A DNA stretch of 64,000 nt from Trichoplax adhaerens (GCF_000150275.1 NW_002060981.1:208141-272140); one strand, 5' to 3'; counted from the first letter of the stretch, positions 1-13,559 are shown. A program made the numbers and translations. Notes: a model not told the origin generated them from the sequence alone.

Positions 1-1
1 T

Positions 2-880
2 TTCGTATGTAAGCTCTTTGGTTACCTTGGTGCGCTATTTACTGTGAATATAAATCTACATGTTTGTGCTATTAGTTTTGATCGTTTTTTTGCCGTAGTA
101 TTTCCTTTTCGGTATCGCCAAATAGCATCGAAACGTGCTTCGGTACTGTTGTGCGTTATCATTTGGTTTATTTCCTTTTTAATCTGTGCAATACCTCTGA
201 TCACCTTTGATCGAGATACAAAAATATGTCTAGGTGCTTCACGTATTATTAACGAAACAAATACGTCTATGCCTACAAATCTGTCGACTACTTTAACTAC
301 GACTGCTTCTGTGCTTCCAAGCACTATTCAATCAAATCTAACAACAACAGTATCTGTGACTCCAGGAACTTTATCGCCTACCCAGCTATTCATTTTAAGT
401 TGGAGGATCTATTTGTTATTTATATTTTTTGTTCTATTCTTATTTCCATTAGCGGTACTGATCATGACTTACGGAACAATGCTATTTGTGGTCTTTACTC
501 ATGCCAAAAAAGTACATTCATTAACTGTAGCCACAACCGAAACTAATAAACCGAAATCGTTAATTATTCAAAACAGAAAAGCCTTATTGCAAGTTGCATT
601 AATTATAGGCGCTTTTTTGATATTTTTTTTGCCTTATGTCATGGCCACAGTAGTATTTCTAATTAATGATTTAAAATTTGCCAGTGAAGGGGTGTATACT
701 TATAGTAATATTACACAATTGATTGCATTTTCATATCCAGCTGTAAATCCACTTTTATACGCTTATTATAACAAGGACATAAGCCACGAAATTACTAAAA
801 GTTTTAAAAGCAAATCGGCTAGCAATATACTTAATACTGACAGGACACCGGTAACTAATGAGAAAACAACAACTGCATGA
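2..880 (+). CDS. Rhodopsin-family (class A) GPCR, TM3-TM7; 5' part lies before the window
   Basis: Frame is open from base 2 (FVCKLFGYLGALFTVNINLHVCAISFDRF: C3.25 and DRF motif). Also TM4 Trp, ECL2 Cys, TM5 FLFPL, TM6 FFLPY and TM7 NPLLY; stop at 878-880. Intronless within the window. Confidence 0.93.
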   Translation, partial: FVCKLFGYLGALFTVNINLHVCAISFDRFFAVVFPFRYRQIASKRASVLLCVIIWFISFLICAIPLITFDRDTKICLGASRIINETNTSMPTNLSTTLTTTASVLPSTIQSNLTTTVSVTPGTLSPTQLFILSWRIYLLFIFFVLFLFPLAVLIMTYGTMLFVVFTHAKKVHSLTVATTETNKPKSLIIQNRKALLQVALIIGAFLIFFLPYVMATVVFLINDLKFASEGVYTYSNITQLIAFSYPAVNPLLYAYYNKDISHEITKSFKSKSASNILNTDRTPVTNEKTTTA

Positions 881-3800
881 TGGCCGATCTAAATTTCTAT
901 CAGATTTATCCAGTGTGATAATTATATAAAATTAACGATACTACGATTGAAAAAGCAATTTCAATCATTGCTACATTTCTGTAAGCAGACGCTCACTTCG
1001 TTCTCGCTGAAACTAGCACCTGGTAAAGCACCTAGCGATATGTTAGACATACTTATTGTATTACTGTTATCTATCCGTGCTGTTTCGAATTATATTTCAT
1101 TTCGTGAAATTTATTTGCCTAACCTATCTGGGAATTGTATGGCTATGCTAGATAAGATAGACTTTCCGACGTTAATTTAGTATAAATAATTATTGCGTCA
1201 ATCTTAGGTGCAGGCCACTTTGCTAGATTGTGAAATAAGTGGTATTTATTAGTTTCTATTTGCCGAAAGTGATATCTACGTGTGCAATGTCTTGATTGTG
1301 CTTAATAATTAGTGGAGAATTATCAATCACAGCGATTTGTCATTTTAGTATTTGCATTGAAGATGTTGCTCTATGTATATTGCCGATCAAGCATTTCAAT
1401 TACCGGAGCACGAAAAGATTCTACGACGTCAGGAATAAAATTCTGAAAGTCTTATTTACTTTGAATTGACTTAAAATTTGTATTTATTGTCTCCTTTTTG
1501 AATTCACTAATTACGTTGCTATGATAATATATTACGTTAAATTTGGTAGCGATTCAACTGCTATCGACGAGAACTATATATTGCTTATATTATACAGATT
1601 CCAATTTTAATTTATTTTCTAGTACATTAAAACTACATTAATCTAAATTTACCGTTATAAACATATTAGCTCCGTTAATATATATTACTAGACTAAACGG
1701 ATTATTTATCCCTATTTTTAAGATATGTCAGCATTACTATACTTGCCAATCTGAATTAATTATCATAGTTAAAAGTAACTAGAGCTAGTAAATCACATCA
1801 AGGCTTTGACGCTTACAGGATACCGTAATTAGACTCAATAGTATAAGATTCAAACATAGACAAAATAAATTTATAACGTGGAAATATAAAATTAATATAA
1901 TTATATACTCTTTATAATGGTTAATTGTATTGCTGTTCTAACTATTACTACAATTTGTCGGGCTAATAACATCTAGATGTTTAGCTCATTGTAGTTCTCT
2001 TTTACAGATCTGCCGCGGTAAGTTTTAGTTACATACTTGTGATGTCGTTCAACTTTTAGGTTTCGCTAATAATTTAATACGTCTAATAATAATATTTTAC
2101 TAAAATTGTTAATTGCTTCAGCTTGTATTTCACACATATTAACATCTATCAATGATAAATATTTTGTAATTCAATACGTTTCACAATAATTATGTCCCTT
2201 GTGTCTACATTTGTAACTTTAGACGGCCAATTTAATATTTCGGGCCTGTATTAACTATCTCAAAAACTGACTGTTATGGAGCTTAGTGTTTGCCTTATTT
2301 CCTTTCAGTGTTTATATGATTCTTTAAGTTAATAATAAAATTCACTTTTATATAGTTGTCAATTGTTATAGGCTTTTTATTTTTTGTAGACTTGTTTATA
2401 CCAAAGAATATTAAGAAACTTGTAGGATAAGTTTTTGAATTTATCAAGCTATAAGTGTTGAAATAAGTCGAGTGAGCTTGAATTATAAAATTGATACTAT
2501 CTACTATACGTTATATCATAATCAAATGTACTAATATGCCACGGTATTATAATCTCAGGAGTATGCGATAATTGCTAACGGAGTCTAGGGAAAAAGAATT
2601 GCGATAACCATTTTTAGCTAATACATGGTATATTGTATTAATCAATCTGGTACGCATCGTTTATCAGGCGTTGAACTATTCTAGAAGCATTTGAAGTAAA
2701 ACATCTAACTGTTAACTCACTATTTTTTAATTTACTGTACTGTAACATCTTAACAGAAATATTTTCTAGTATAGAAATGTATTAGCATTTCTTATTTTCA
2801 GTTAGGCAGTTCTACTTGTATGATTTTTAAGTCTTTTAAATTGTGATTCATGACATACGAGGTATACGTCAGTTTGGCTAAAAAAGCTTTATTAATATCT
2901 TGCTAGTTCACTCTAGTTGAAGTTGTTGTTAGACACTTAACATAATACAACGTGTCATTTTGGCGGATGATGTCAATTTTTGAAATTTAGCCTATGCCGT
3001 CTTGCACAAACTGAAAGATTACCGGGAAAGGATGAGTACACCATGATTGCAATGGGGGGGGGGTAATTATCACGAAGTTACTTTTGCTCACTGTTATAGC
3101 TGATCCCAATTTTCGTCAGATAGCGTATTTTGGTATTTATTGAGAATATATGATTATCTATGACGTTATACATACTTTTATAGATAAATGTATGGTTTTA
3201 TTAACACGTATTTGTCTATGAACTGTTAATTGTTGTTGACTGTATGTTGATTTACTATAAACTGGCTGATTTTTCGATAAGGTTTGAATTTAGTTTGTCG
3301 CTAGAGAGCCTAATGACATTACCGTTCTTGTTTGTTTAATAATGGAAGAATGTCAGTATTTCGAGCTGCACTGTAGTAGGAGAGATGGCGAGGATAAACC
3401 TGACAGTAGATTGATAATAACGTTGTATTTCTAGTAGTTGTTTCCATTTTTCTCGTTATAAATTTAGATTTGTAACAATGTTGATGATCTGTCCATTGAT
3501 TAAGAAATGATTGCAATAAAAATGACTTTGAACCGGTGCACCAATCGGATTTATTTTATCCATAGTAATGCTTACTAATCATTAATATGATTGACACGGT
3601 TGCTGCACTAGCTCAACTGTAATAATTTGATTGGAATTCTACGACATAACAGCTGTTTCTTTGGTGCGCTATTTTATTTTATTTACTGCTAAATTATTTT
3701 TAATTCGATGTAAGATGAATCCATAAGTAAATAAATGAACCATTTCACTGATATTGGTGTAACAAAAGTTTCACATCTGACGGCCGGGCTCCTAAATTAG

Positions 3801-4659
3801 TCATGGACTACTAGATCTATCAACGATGGCACACAGATACTGACAGAGTTGCAGTCGTTGTCTTACAGGTACAGTACTGAAATCTCTAGTCCTATCAGCA
3901 TCGTTCCAAGTGTACAGTACATACAGGCGATAATTAATTCTTAATTCTTATTACGTGACAGAGATAATTCTATTCATCTATACTGTACAGTATAATTAAT
4001 TCATTTATTTATTTTATTTATTTATTCCAAATTATCGTGGTGATCTGAAGGAAAAAAGTTGACATTAAGGCTAATCAAAATCAGTATCCGGAAAATACGT
4101 TATAAAACATATATCAAGCATAGAGGTATCGAGCCAATCGAACTCCTTCAATGACACTGATATATGACCGAAAACGAATAAGTCTGTCGCTACGCTTAAG
4201 GCAAGGACTACAGTTTGAAATCATCATGGTCTGGTGTCTACATAACTGGATATATCAACACTGCCAGTACCGTGAGGATACTCGGTGCATTCCTATTTCA
4301 TAGCATACCAGTCTTGATCTACTGTATGTCACTATCATTGTATATGCATCTGCGAGGTCAAATTTCTCTGATGACCTATTTCTATCCTAGTAACAACACT
4401 TGTTCGCGTGTATTGGTGATTCTCTAAGAAATATCCTTCTATCCTCATGAATCTACTGGCGTCTTTACGACCTCAACTACCATAATATAGCATTATAATG
4501 GACAGTACAACGTCTGCAGCACTGCCTTTTCCTTGATCGTAAACTCAGTGATTGATGGATTCAGACTCGTCTTGAAACTCTGAAAAGTAGCAGAAATTTC
4601 ATTTCGGTTATTTTACACGAGAACCACATAGACAGAGGCCAGTAATACCAGAACTGGTC

Positions 4660-4870
4660 TACAGTATACTGTACTGTAATTTACAGTATGTACATGTACA
4701 GTACAGTACACTGCACTGTAAATCACATGACAGATACTAGAATGTACAGTATGGCGGATTACTGTACAGTACTGTAGTGTACAGTACTTTAGAACCGGTA
4801 ATTTACAGTACTGGAGACTGCTATACTGTACTGTACACTGTACACTGTACACTCAGGGTACAGTACAGTG
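4660..4870. repeat. TACAG/CTGTA (TACTGTACAGTA-type) degenerate repeat tract upstream of ABHD13
   Basis: Dense tactgtac/gtacagta/tacactgta units ending ~450 bp before the ABHD13 ATG. Confidence 0.85.
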
Positions 4871-5318
4871 TGATTAGTCCGACCCAACGATACCACGGTA
4901 ATCAATTTTCTACTCTTGCAATTCCTTAGGATTGAATTTATGAACTTAATATGCGGTGTGAAGAATCACTTGGGTACCACCATTCTACTACGCAGTAGAC
5001 TGTTCCGCCACTGCAGAACACACTCGCAAATTGAGCATCCAGCAAAAAATAATAAGGAGGATTTTTGTTTTTGCTTTTATTTATATTATTTTAAGGATAA
5101 CTTCCTTTTATGAGGATGTTACAGCGTTGTCGTTGATCTTGTGATGAAGGTATAGGGGGAAAAGATGGAATTGCATTGGAGAGATTTTACCTTGATGGAA
5201 CACTTTTGAATTTTCTGGCCAACAAATTGCAAGATCATCTTGGAAGAACCAGGATGATCAACTATTCGACATAACTAATCGAAATTTTACACAACTCTGG
5301 ATTTGCCATTTGAAAGAA

Positions 5319-6993
5319 ATGAGACGCCACGGATTTGTTTTCATCGATCGTATCATCCATTTTGCAACTAATTTTATACACAGTATATGGCGTAGTAGTA
5401 GTGCAGCATTGTTGCTGCTTCTGTTGGCTTATTGGTTTTATGGTGACTTTACAATATTTCTCCTCCTTTGCTTAGCTATACTGGGTACATTATATCAATA
5501 TCAGGATTCGTTACTTTATTACCCTGATCAACCTTCATCATCGCGTATGTTTGTCCAGCAGCCTTATACAATTGGGTTACCATCTGAAAATTTATATCTC
5601 AGGACTGCTGATGGTGTTCGTATTAATGCAGTTTTCATTAAACAACCGCCGGTACGGTTGCCTTTTGCGCCGACCATTATGTTTATCCATGGCAACGCTG
5701 GCAATATTGGCCATCGATTGCCATTTGCTAGGGAATTATATCATCATTGTGGAGTCAATGTCATGCTGTTAGAATATCGAGGTTATGGTAAAAGTGATGG
5801 AGTACCAAGTGAAAATGGTAAGTTGGCGCTTAGTCGACAGCCTACAGCATCATACCAGCAACCAGATTCTATGTAGATTAAGAATGTGTACTCGTTTGTA
5901 ATAGGATTGATGACAAGTAGTTTACTTTAGATACATTACTCGGCTAATAGTCATGTAGCCCGAAAAAGATGAATTATTAGTTACTCAAAATGACAACTAA
6001 AATGCACATTATGGTGCTTTATGTATTGCTTTATTGAAATTGGCGATATTTTACTTTGACACTTAGGCCTAAAGTTAGATGCTCGAGCAGGACTTGAATA
6101 TCTTCGCGACAGAACTGATATTGACGCTAGCATGATTATAGTCTTTGGAAGATCACTTGGTGGTGCTGTGGGTATTGATTTAGCTTGTCAGCAATTGTAT
6201 ACGGATGCTATACGTGGATTAATAGTAGAGAATAGTTTCACAAGTATCCCTGCAATGGGTGAAGTATTATTTAGTGCATTACGTTTGCTCCCCATGTTTT
6301 GCTTCCGAAATAAGGTATTTAGTATAATGCATTACAACACTATTTCCACTATTAAATGGATAATAGGCAATACGTATAATGTTAGAATAGATTGTATTAA
6401 TTTTATCTTTACTTTCATGTGGACACTAGTTCAATTCCAAGAGTATCGTAAAAAGTGTACGTGTGCCTACGTTATTCTTGTCTGGTTTATCTGACGAATT
6501 AGTACCACCACGGATGATGACAGAACTTTGCAACGTAAGTCATGCAACGTTTACTAGCTATTGTAACGTGCATTTCTCGTACCCTTAAGTGTCTCTATCA
6601 TTTGTGATTACCTTTTGTCATAAACTAGTCTTTGTTGTGATTGTGGTATTATTCAATCTGTCGCAGAAATCCGGTGCAATCTTTAAAAGGATTGTAAGAT
6701 TCGAGAATGGTTCGCATAATGGCACTTGGCTTTGTCCTGATTATTACAAGTGTATCAGTTTCTTTATAGCTCAGGTGATTACAACATGGATGTATTATAT
6801 CGTGATTAATCTTGCTTCTTCACTATTTCATTATTATTTTTGATATGAACCTTTCCGTGTAAGATTTTAATCCACTGTGTCGCCTTAGCTATTACAGATG
6901 AAATCCACTCGACCTAACCGAAAAAGTGGTTCTACAAAAAAGAGAAGCAATAATGTTATCGATATGGAAAAAGTAATGATCAATGATGTGTAG
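5319..6993 (+). CDS. ABHD13: Alpha/beta hydrolase ABHD13; exons 5319-5817, 6067-6314, 6430-6534, 6667-6774, 6889-6993
   Basis: N-terminal TM, LYYP, HGNAGNIGHRL, EYRGYGKS, nucleophile GRSLGG, ENSFTS, LSGLSDELVPPRMM (Asp) and GSHNGTW (His). All introns are GT-AG with consistent phases. Confidence 0.92.
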
Positions 6994-9131
6994 ACATTTC
7001 CAGTGTGACGCTGCAGTGGCTACAGTTATTTGATTACACTTCTCGTCATAATATTGGCTTACGTGCCATTAATTATATCTTTGCTTTAGCTTTAGCAAAC
7101 TGATAGATATCTGTTAGTAGAATATTGGATTAGTCCCTTAGAATCGAGTCAGTGGCAGAGGTATCACTATCGACTGGTAGCTACAGCGCAACCTTTTCAT
7201 GAACGATATTATTCTGCATCAATAATTCAAGATACTGTACTATATGGTAACTAAAAACTCAATGTTGATCATAGGAGTTCAATGCTGATACTGGAACTGC
7301 AGGTGAATTGTAAGCGTAAGTAGTTGTTTCGATTATTTATTGCGGGTAGTACATAATAGAATGTATCACTTTGCACTCCCTTTCTGTAATGTAATTGCAA
7401 GTAACGCTAACTGCACACTTGCTAATAATCTTTGCATTTAGGTCTAGTAGGATGTTATATATTATAATTTAAGATATGGTGTATATTGCCGACATTCGCA
7501 CAGAAACTGTTACTGATTTATTCAATTATGTTTTTAAGATTTTCGTTACTATAATAAAATGCTATGAACTTGATGTATCGTTTTTGTTGTGGGTATTATG
7601 TTTTAGTTGATAAAGGAGCTACTGGTTCTTATAACATGATTGCAAAACAACTAACATCTTGAAATCTTCAGTTAAATCATCACAGAAATTTGGATTTTGC
7701 TCTCGAATTAGGATATACATCCATACATAGTATAGATCATTGACCTTAAACAGACCTATGTACTGTACAATGTTATAGAAAATGCCACACGATGTCTAGG
7801 CTGCAGCTGTGATACATCATCGAATGTCTTTCCTGAAAATGAATGACAGCTGTAAAATAACCATTGCAAAGTCACAGTTTCATCACATGATGGTTCGAAT
7901 TTAATTCGTACGGTACCCCATGCCTGCTTGGGAATACAAGGAGATATCTTAGGAGTTACGGTCCTTCATAACATAGAAAATTGTATTTAAATCCTGAGTT
8001 CATCACTGTTTGTTCGCATTATCTACTCAATCTATAACTTTATCACATATTACAGGAGTTGAATTCTAAAGCTTTAGTGGCACCATAGTACAATTTAAGC
8101 CTTCCAGTTGCGAAAATGATATACTACTGCACAACATTAGTCGAAGAATAAAGAAAGTCAATAATCTAATTTATATCATACTCAACACTTATTAGAATTA
8201 TAAGTTAAAAGCTGACAACATGCATTGCAAGAATTATTCAAATTTCATTAGCTTGTTGTCATCGCTCATTCAGTACTAAGTTTATAAAATATTGCAATTT
8301 CTTGTGTTAGAGAAGTTACTCTATCTTCTCGATTGATTTCTAAATTTATTAGCTAGGTTATCATGATTCATCTGGTCTGAGATCGCCACATATTGTGCAA
8401 TCGCATGCTGATTTCGATTATTAAAATATTGCCTCTATAGTAGTCCGTAGTTAATGTATATATGCAATGTTATTAATCAAAGCTGATATTTATTGCAAAG
8501 TCAACATAAAATAACCTTTAATTTAACATTTGTGGACATCTTCAGTCAACATTCAAATTCTTAAATTAAGAAATATTTTCATTTATAAAAATACGAGCTT
8601 TGCTTCAAAGAAAAAGAAATTGAAAGACGATTATTAGCATAGCATTGCTACAATTGCTTGTCAGCTATCTACTAACTTTAAAGGTGATCAGACGAAATTC
8701 TGACGGATAAATGCTTTTCATAATATTAATAGCTTTGGTATATGCTAAATCTAAGATAGCAAGAAGATGATAACTTGAGTCAGATTAAAAATTTCGACTA
8801 TTTATAGCAATTAATGACTGCTAATTGTGTGGAGCAATTGCAACTCTCATTCATAGCGGTAATGGATTAAATAATATTCATAGTGTAAACTGACTTGGTT
8901 TATTTCATCTCAACTATATATATTTAAGAAGCACTGAATATTTTGTCAAAAATATTACAATTAAAAAAAAGTGATTCGTTACGATTAGTGACATAACATA
9001 TCATATATTTAGTAGCTGTAAATAAATTAATTTAATCAAGAATGTTATAGCTCATTCCTTTTATTTATTATAGATATAGTATATCTTCTAAAGTCATAGA
9101 TATACTTTATTGCTGTAGAATGTTAGCTGTA

Positions 9132-12100
9132 TTAATACGGTGGTGGTTGAGTTTGAGGAATATTCGGTAGCTGTATGTTTTGGCTCCCAACAGTTGTCGT
9201 TTTAAATGCTGAATTTGGATGAAAAACATTCGAGTTATGATTTTGCATTGTAACACTTGAAGCATAACTTGGAGGAGGTTCATTTGAGTAACTAGGTGGT
9301 ATAGCTGTCGCTTGTTGATTCGTTTGCTGAAGTAGCTCTAGCATTGATTGTTGGGTTGAGATTGCTTGAATATTATTTCGTGTGGCCTGTTAAAGAAAAA
9401 GGTGTTATTATTAAACTTCATAAAATTAAAATATTGCAAGGCGGGGTTAGGTGTTACCATAATTACGATAGGAAGCAATTATAGGATGTAAAGCTTACAT
9501 TTACAGCAGTTATGCTTTGTATGGTTTCACTGTATATCTTGCACAGTCTACCTGTCAGCAGTAAATTGAAAATTGCAAAAGCTATAGCTGCGGCCGAATA
9601 TGGTACTGAGGCTGGATGTGCATATGTAGAAAGAGCAACTATGAACAGGATAATCATGAGTCCACTAAACATAACCGCTAAGATCGTCGTCGTGAGAAAT
9701 AATTTTAACTGAAATGAGTAAAACATATATTAAATCAAAAAATGATCAATGAGGGAAAACCTTTTAATACATATATCGGTACGCCTAAGGTCGTGTCTTT
9801 ACGTATGGCTATCATATATCCATTAAAATTAAGACCAAATAATTTAAAATATAGTGCATTTCTATTTTTTGTCTGTAAAAATATTACTGTGACGATGTTT
9901 ACTGATTTCAGGACAGTGCGTCTGATGGTATCATTTATGGTTAATATAATTTTTAAACATTTGATGATATATCAATATTTTACATTTACAAACAGCAATT
10001 CGATAACCATTGATAACAAACTATAATTTACGTGATTGTAATCTTTGTGCTTATCTAATTGTGATATTTCTATAAAATGTGTACGAAAAGAACTGGTCTT
10101 TTGTCAGCAATATCATATATATCCATAAATTTTATCTCAGTATATTCAATTAAATAGTAAATAGATTCGTATCACTATAATTAGGAGCTACTAAATAAGT
10201 AAGAAAGAAACGGGACTGCTACGGCCGTCAGTGCAAAATAATGAGGAGGCTTATCATTTTCCCGGTCATTCTAATATACGGTAAGAATGTAACCGTATAC
10301 CATACTGTAAAAACCAACCTAGCAGCCAATTTGGATATCAATTGTAGATAGTATAGTGCGCCGTTACAGATATCTGATTCAATTGAAATGGTCAGTAAAA
10401 CAACCAGCCTCCTCATTATTGATTGATATAGTCAACAACCGTTGATAGTCTCGTTTCTTTCTTCTTTTAGTAGTTCCTGCTATAACTGGCAGCATAACTG
10501 TAAGTGCCATGGGTCTATGACATATGGTGCTTTAGATGAAATTAGTAGCAATAACTTTAAATTTCTGGTTGTTAGTATAACTATACCGATAGTTTTAATT
10601 AATACATTATATCAAGCTCTTAATATTATCCTAATGGCAACTAGCAATGCAGGGAAGTAAAGAATTTTTAGTCAAATTACAATGCACCAAACTTGGCTCA
10701 CATTAATTGATTGTGGAGTAAGCTGTAGATTCAATATTGAGTTATAATCGGCTAATTAGTCATCGATAGAATAACAATTTTGATAGCTTACAAATTAAAT
10801 AAATATCTGTCTAACATATAAGTTCAATAGGTACTATAATGGCAAAAGCGAAGGATAACAAAGAGCAACTATAATGACCAACAAGAGCGTAATCAAAAAC
10901 GGTAGCAGCGAACCCTAATATTCTATAAATAAAATCATCAAGTTTTAATAAATTATACTTACTAAAACATCATTTCTGGAATAAGACTTAATTAAAATGC
11001 CTAAACCGCCGGCTGCAATGACCTACATATATATGATTTATGCAAAGAAATATGTAACTTAGTTTGGAAAGATGAATTTTTAAACGTATACGTTGACGCA
11101 AGTATTTCGTTATAATATTGATGCAATAGCCTGCAAGCCTGGCGATAACCATAAGTATAAAATTAAGATAACTGATAAGCAGATCTAAAGGTAGCTAATT
11201 AGAATTCAGCATCTAAATGTTTACTACTTGAAGATAAATAAATTTACAATAATTATATACGCATACATAAACATACAAATTCATGCTGTATTTATAGTAT
11301 ACATAAACTATAAATGGTAATATGTATAATTATTAGTGTTTCTGAAGTAACTCTAATCTGATAATAAATCTTGGCCTAGTTTTCTAATTATTAAATTATT
11401 ATTTATTGAAGTGACTAATAAGTTATAAGATGTATTATAAAATGAGAGTTTCAATAAATTAAAACTATTGATAATGTAAGTTAGCCTAGGATAGTATAAA
11501 CTAATGATTAATAATGTAAATTTTTGTCGCAATTGAATCTTAGATGCCAATATTTGTGTTTCTTGCAGTAAAAATCATTGCGGTAGCAATTCTTTCCATG
11601 CTTTTATATTTTAATGTTTTTGCAGGTGTGACTTGAAAGATTTTAAAGTGTATATGATATTACTACCACTTGACAAAGTATGCAACTGTGATCATCAAAG
11701 TTGAAAAAGGCGTATTCACGAGTAGCATGCGTATAACAGGTATACAGCGGGTTGAGAGGTTTCAATTTCGAATAATATAGTCATCATGAATTACTAGCAT
11801 CTTCATTTAATTTTATGGAAAGAAACCATATTCGAAAACAAATTCGTTCCATGCCATTTTTTTTAATTACGGTAATACTCATAGTATGGGGAGAAACCGT
11901 ATAGCAAGTGTGGAATAACAACCATCTCTAAAACTTCAAATTAATTCTTAAAGTTTAAACCAAAAACTGATTTTTATCGTGATGACATCTTGAAATTCAA
12001 TAGAGTTATGGTCAAAAAATAAAGATTAATCACCTTTATAACACTATTTCGCTATTTGTCGACCATCAGTATCGAGCAAATTATAGTGACTAACTCAGAT

Positions 12101-12981
12101 GATCATCTTGTATCCCGTAGCTAATGAAATAATGCAGCTTTATTCTGAACCATACGAGTATTAATTACATCTATACAGATGTAATTATTTCAGTAGCTCC
12201 AAATAAAATTCTCTCGTAATAATTAAAGATAAAAATTTTATGAGTATATTTATCAAATTGATTCGAAGCAAAGCAAAATTATTCGTAGTTTTTCTATCTA
12301 TATGATATTGAGAAAGGTATGAATTAATGGTTCATTTCTCTTTAATTTCCGAAAAGGATAGTATAGTCATTGATGAAGCATTAATTCTAATAGACTATAA
12401 ATAAACATTTTGAATTTGATAATTATACTAAAATTAGAGACTTCAGTTATCTAAAAAATTTAATTTTAAGACAAGTTTATGGTAGAATTTACAATTGATA
12501 TTTTATTCCATATACGCGTACAAGAGGCTGAGGACAGTACAACAAGGGTAAATATGGTGGCTATGATTAATAATTACGTTGTCCTTCAGCTCTAGTACGG
12601 AATATATTATTTTATAGTAATATTATGAATTGATATTAATTTTGCCTTAATACTGTAATAAGGCAATGATGTACTCAAAATGGAACTTACTATGTAACAG
12701 TAAATCTCGTCCTGGACAACAATAAGCAGTCATAACCTATACTTGTGTTTTAATTATACCATACTGAAAATACTCTGATTACTTACAAAGATTGAGGTCC
12801 ATATTCCGGTTCCAGCACTTGCAGCAAAATTACCGTAATTTACGGCTGCCCCGATAATTCCTGTAATAAATGTCGCTATGCCAGTTAAGATACATCCAAC
12901 ACAGATGTAATAAAATCGAACGATTTTAATACTAGCGGATGAAATTGGGTTATCAGGAGTAATGATTGTTGCTGCTGGCAT
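9132..12981 (-). CDS. MS4A/CD20-like four-TM protein (~239 aa) with C-terminal PPxY motifs; exons 12981-12787, 11022-10963, 9708-9499, 9386-9132
   Basis: Phase-0 GT-AG joins give four hydrophobic segments. TM2 GTGIWTSIFVIAAGGLGI resembles the MS4A GxxxWGxxxxIxxG motif. The tail has PPSY, PPPSY and a terminal PPPY. Confidence 0.72.
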
Positions 12982-13559
12982 TATGGCTAATTTTAACGAC
13001 TAATTTTAATGAATGCGTTTCAGTAAAATTGCTAACATTAAGGGTTTAATCGATCTATTTGTATTGATCTTTTCTGAAAGTAATAAAATTTGTTCGTGAT
13101 TAATAGCTAGGAAATGTTTTAAGTTTTGTTTTAACGTTATACTGTAAATAATAATTAATGATAGTGTTTGGAAGATATTAATACTATTATTGTAAGTTCA
13201 ATCACACTTATAATTGACTTTAATTAGAGAACTTAATCCTAAGTTTACAGCATTATTTCGGACAAACATACATAGGGATATATTTATCAACGTAGTACAG
13301 TAATTTGAGATTGACAATATTATAAGAGAAATGTATGATTACCGTTTAATTAAAATGGTTTGTAGGCTTTTAATTACCTAATACGCTATCGTATCTTATC
13401 AGTAAAGTTTGTCAGTTAAGGTCTGAGATTGACAATAAGTTTTAATTATTCTCTATATCCTGAACGGGAAGCTAGGCGTGATAGTATTACATCATAGAAT
13501 ATACAGCAAGATTATTGTTAGGAAGATACAGTTCATGGAAGTAGAAATGGTAGCCATGA

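Noticed and set aside
22-324. Antisense or alternative-frame ORFs (22-324, 5551-5772, 9512-9712, 28833-29036, 33947-34144, 35037-35291, 53397-53603)
   Set aside because: Shadows of real exons with no recognisable motifs.
4368-4432. Hammerhead ribozyme core (CTGATGA)
   Set aside because: No stem II closed before a GAAA and no compatible stem III/NUH site.
4122-4581. RNase P RNA (AAGTCTG...ATTCAGACT resembles the P4 helix)
   Set aside because: Lacks GGAA of CR-I and the AC...CUA of CR-V; no convincing CR-II/III or P3 geometry.
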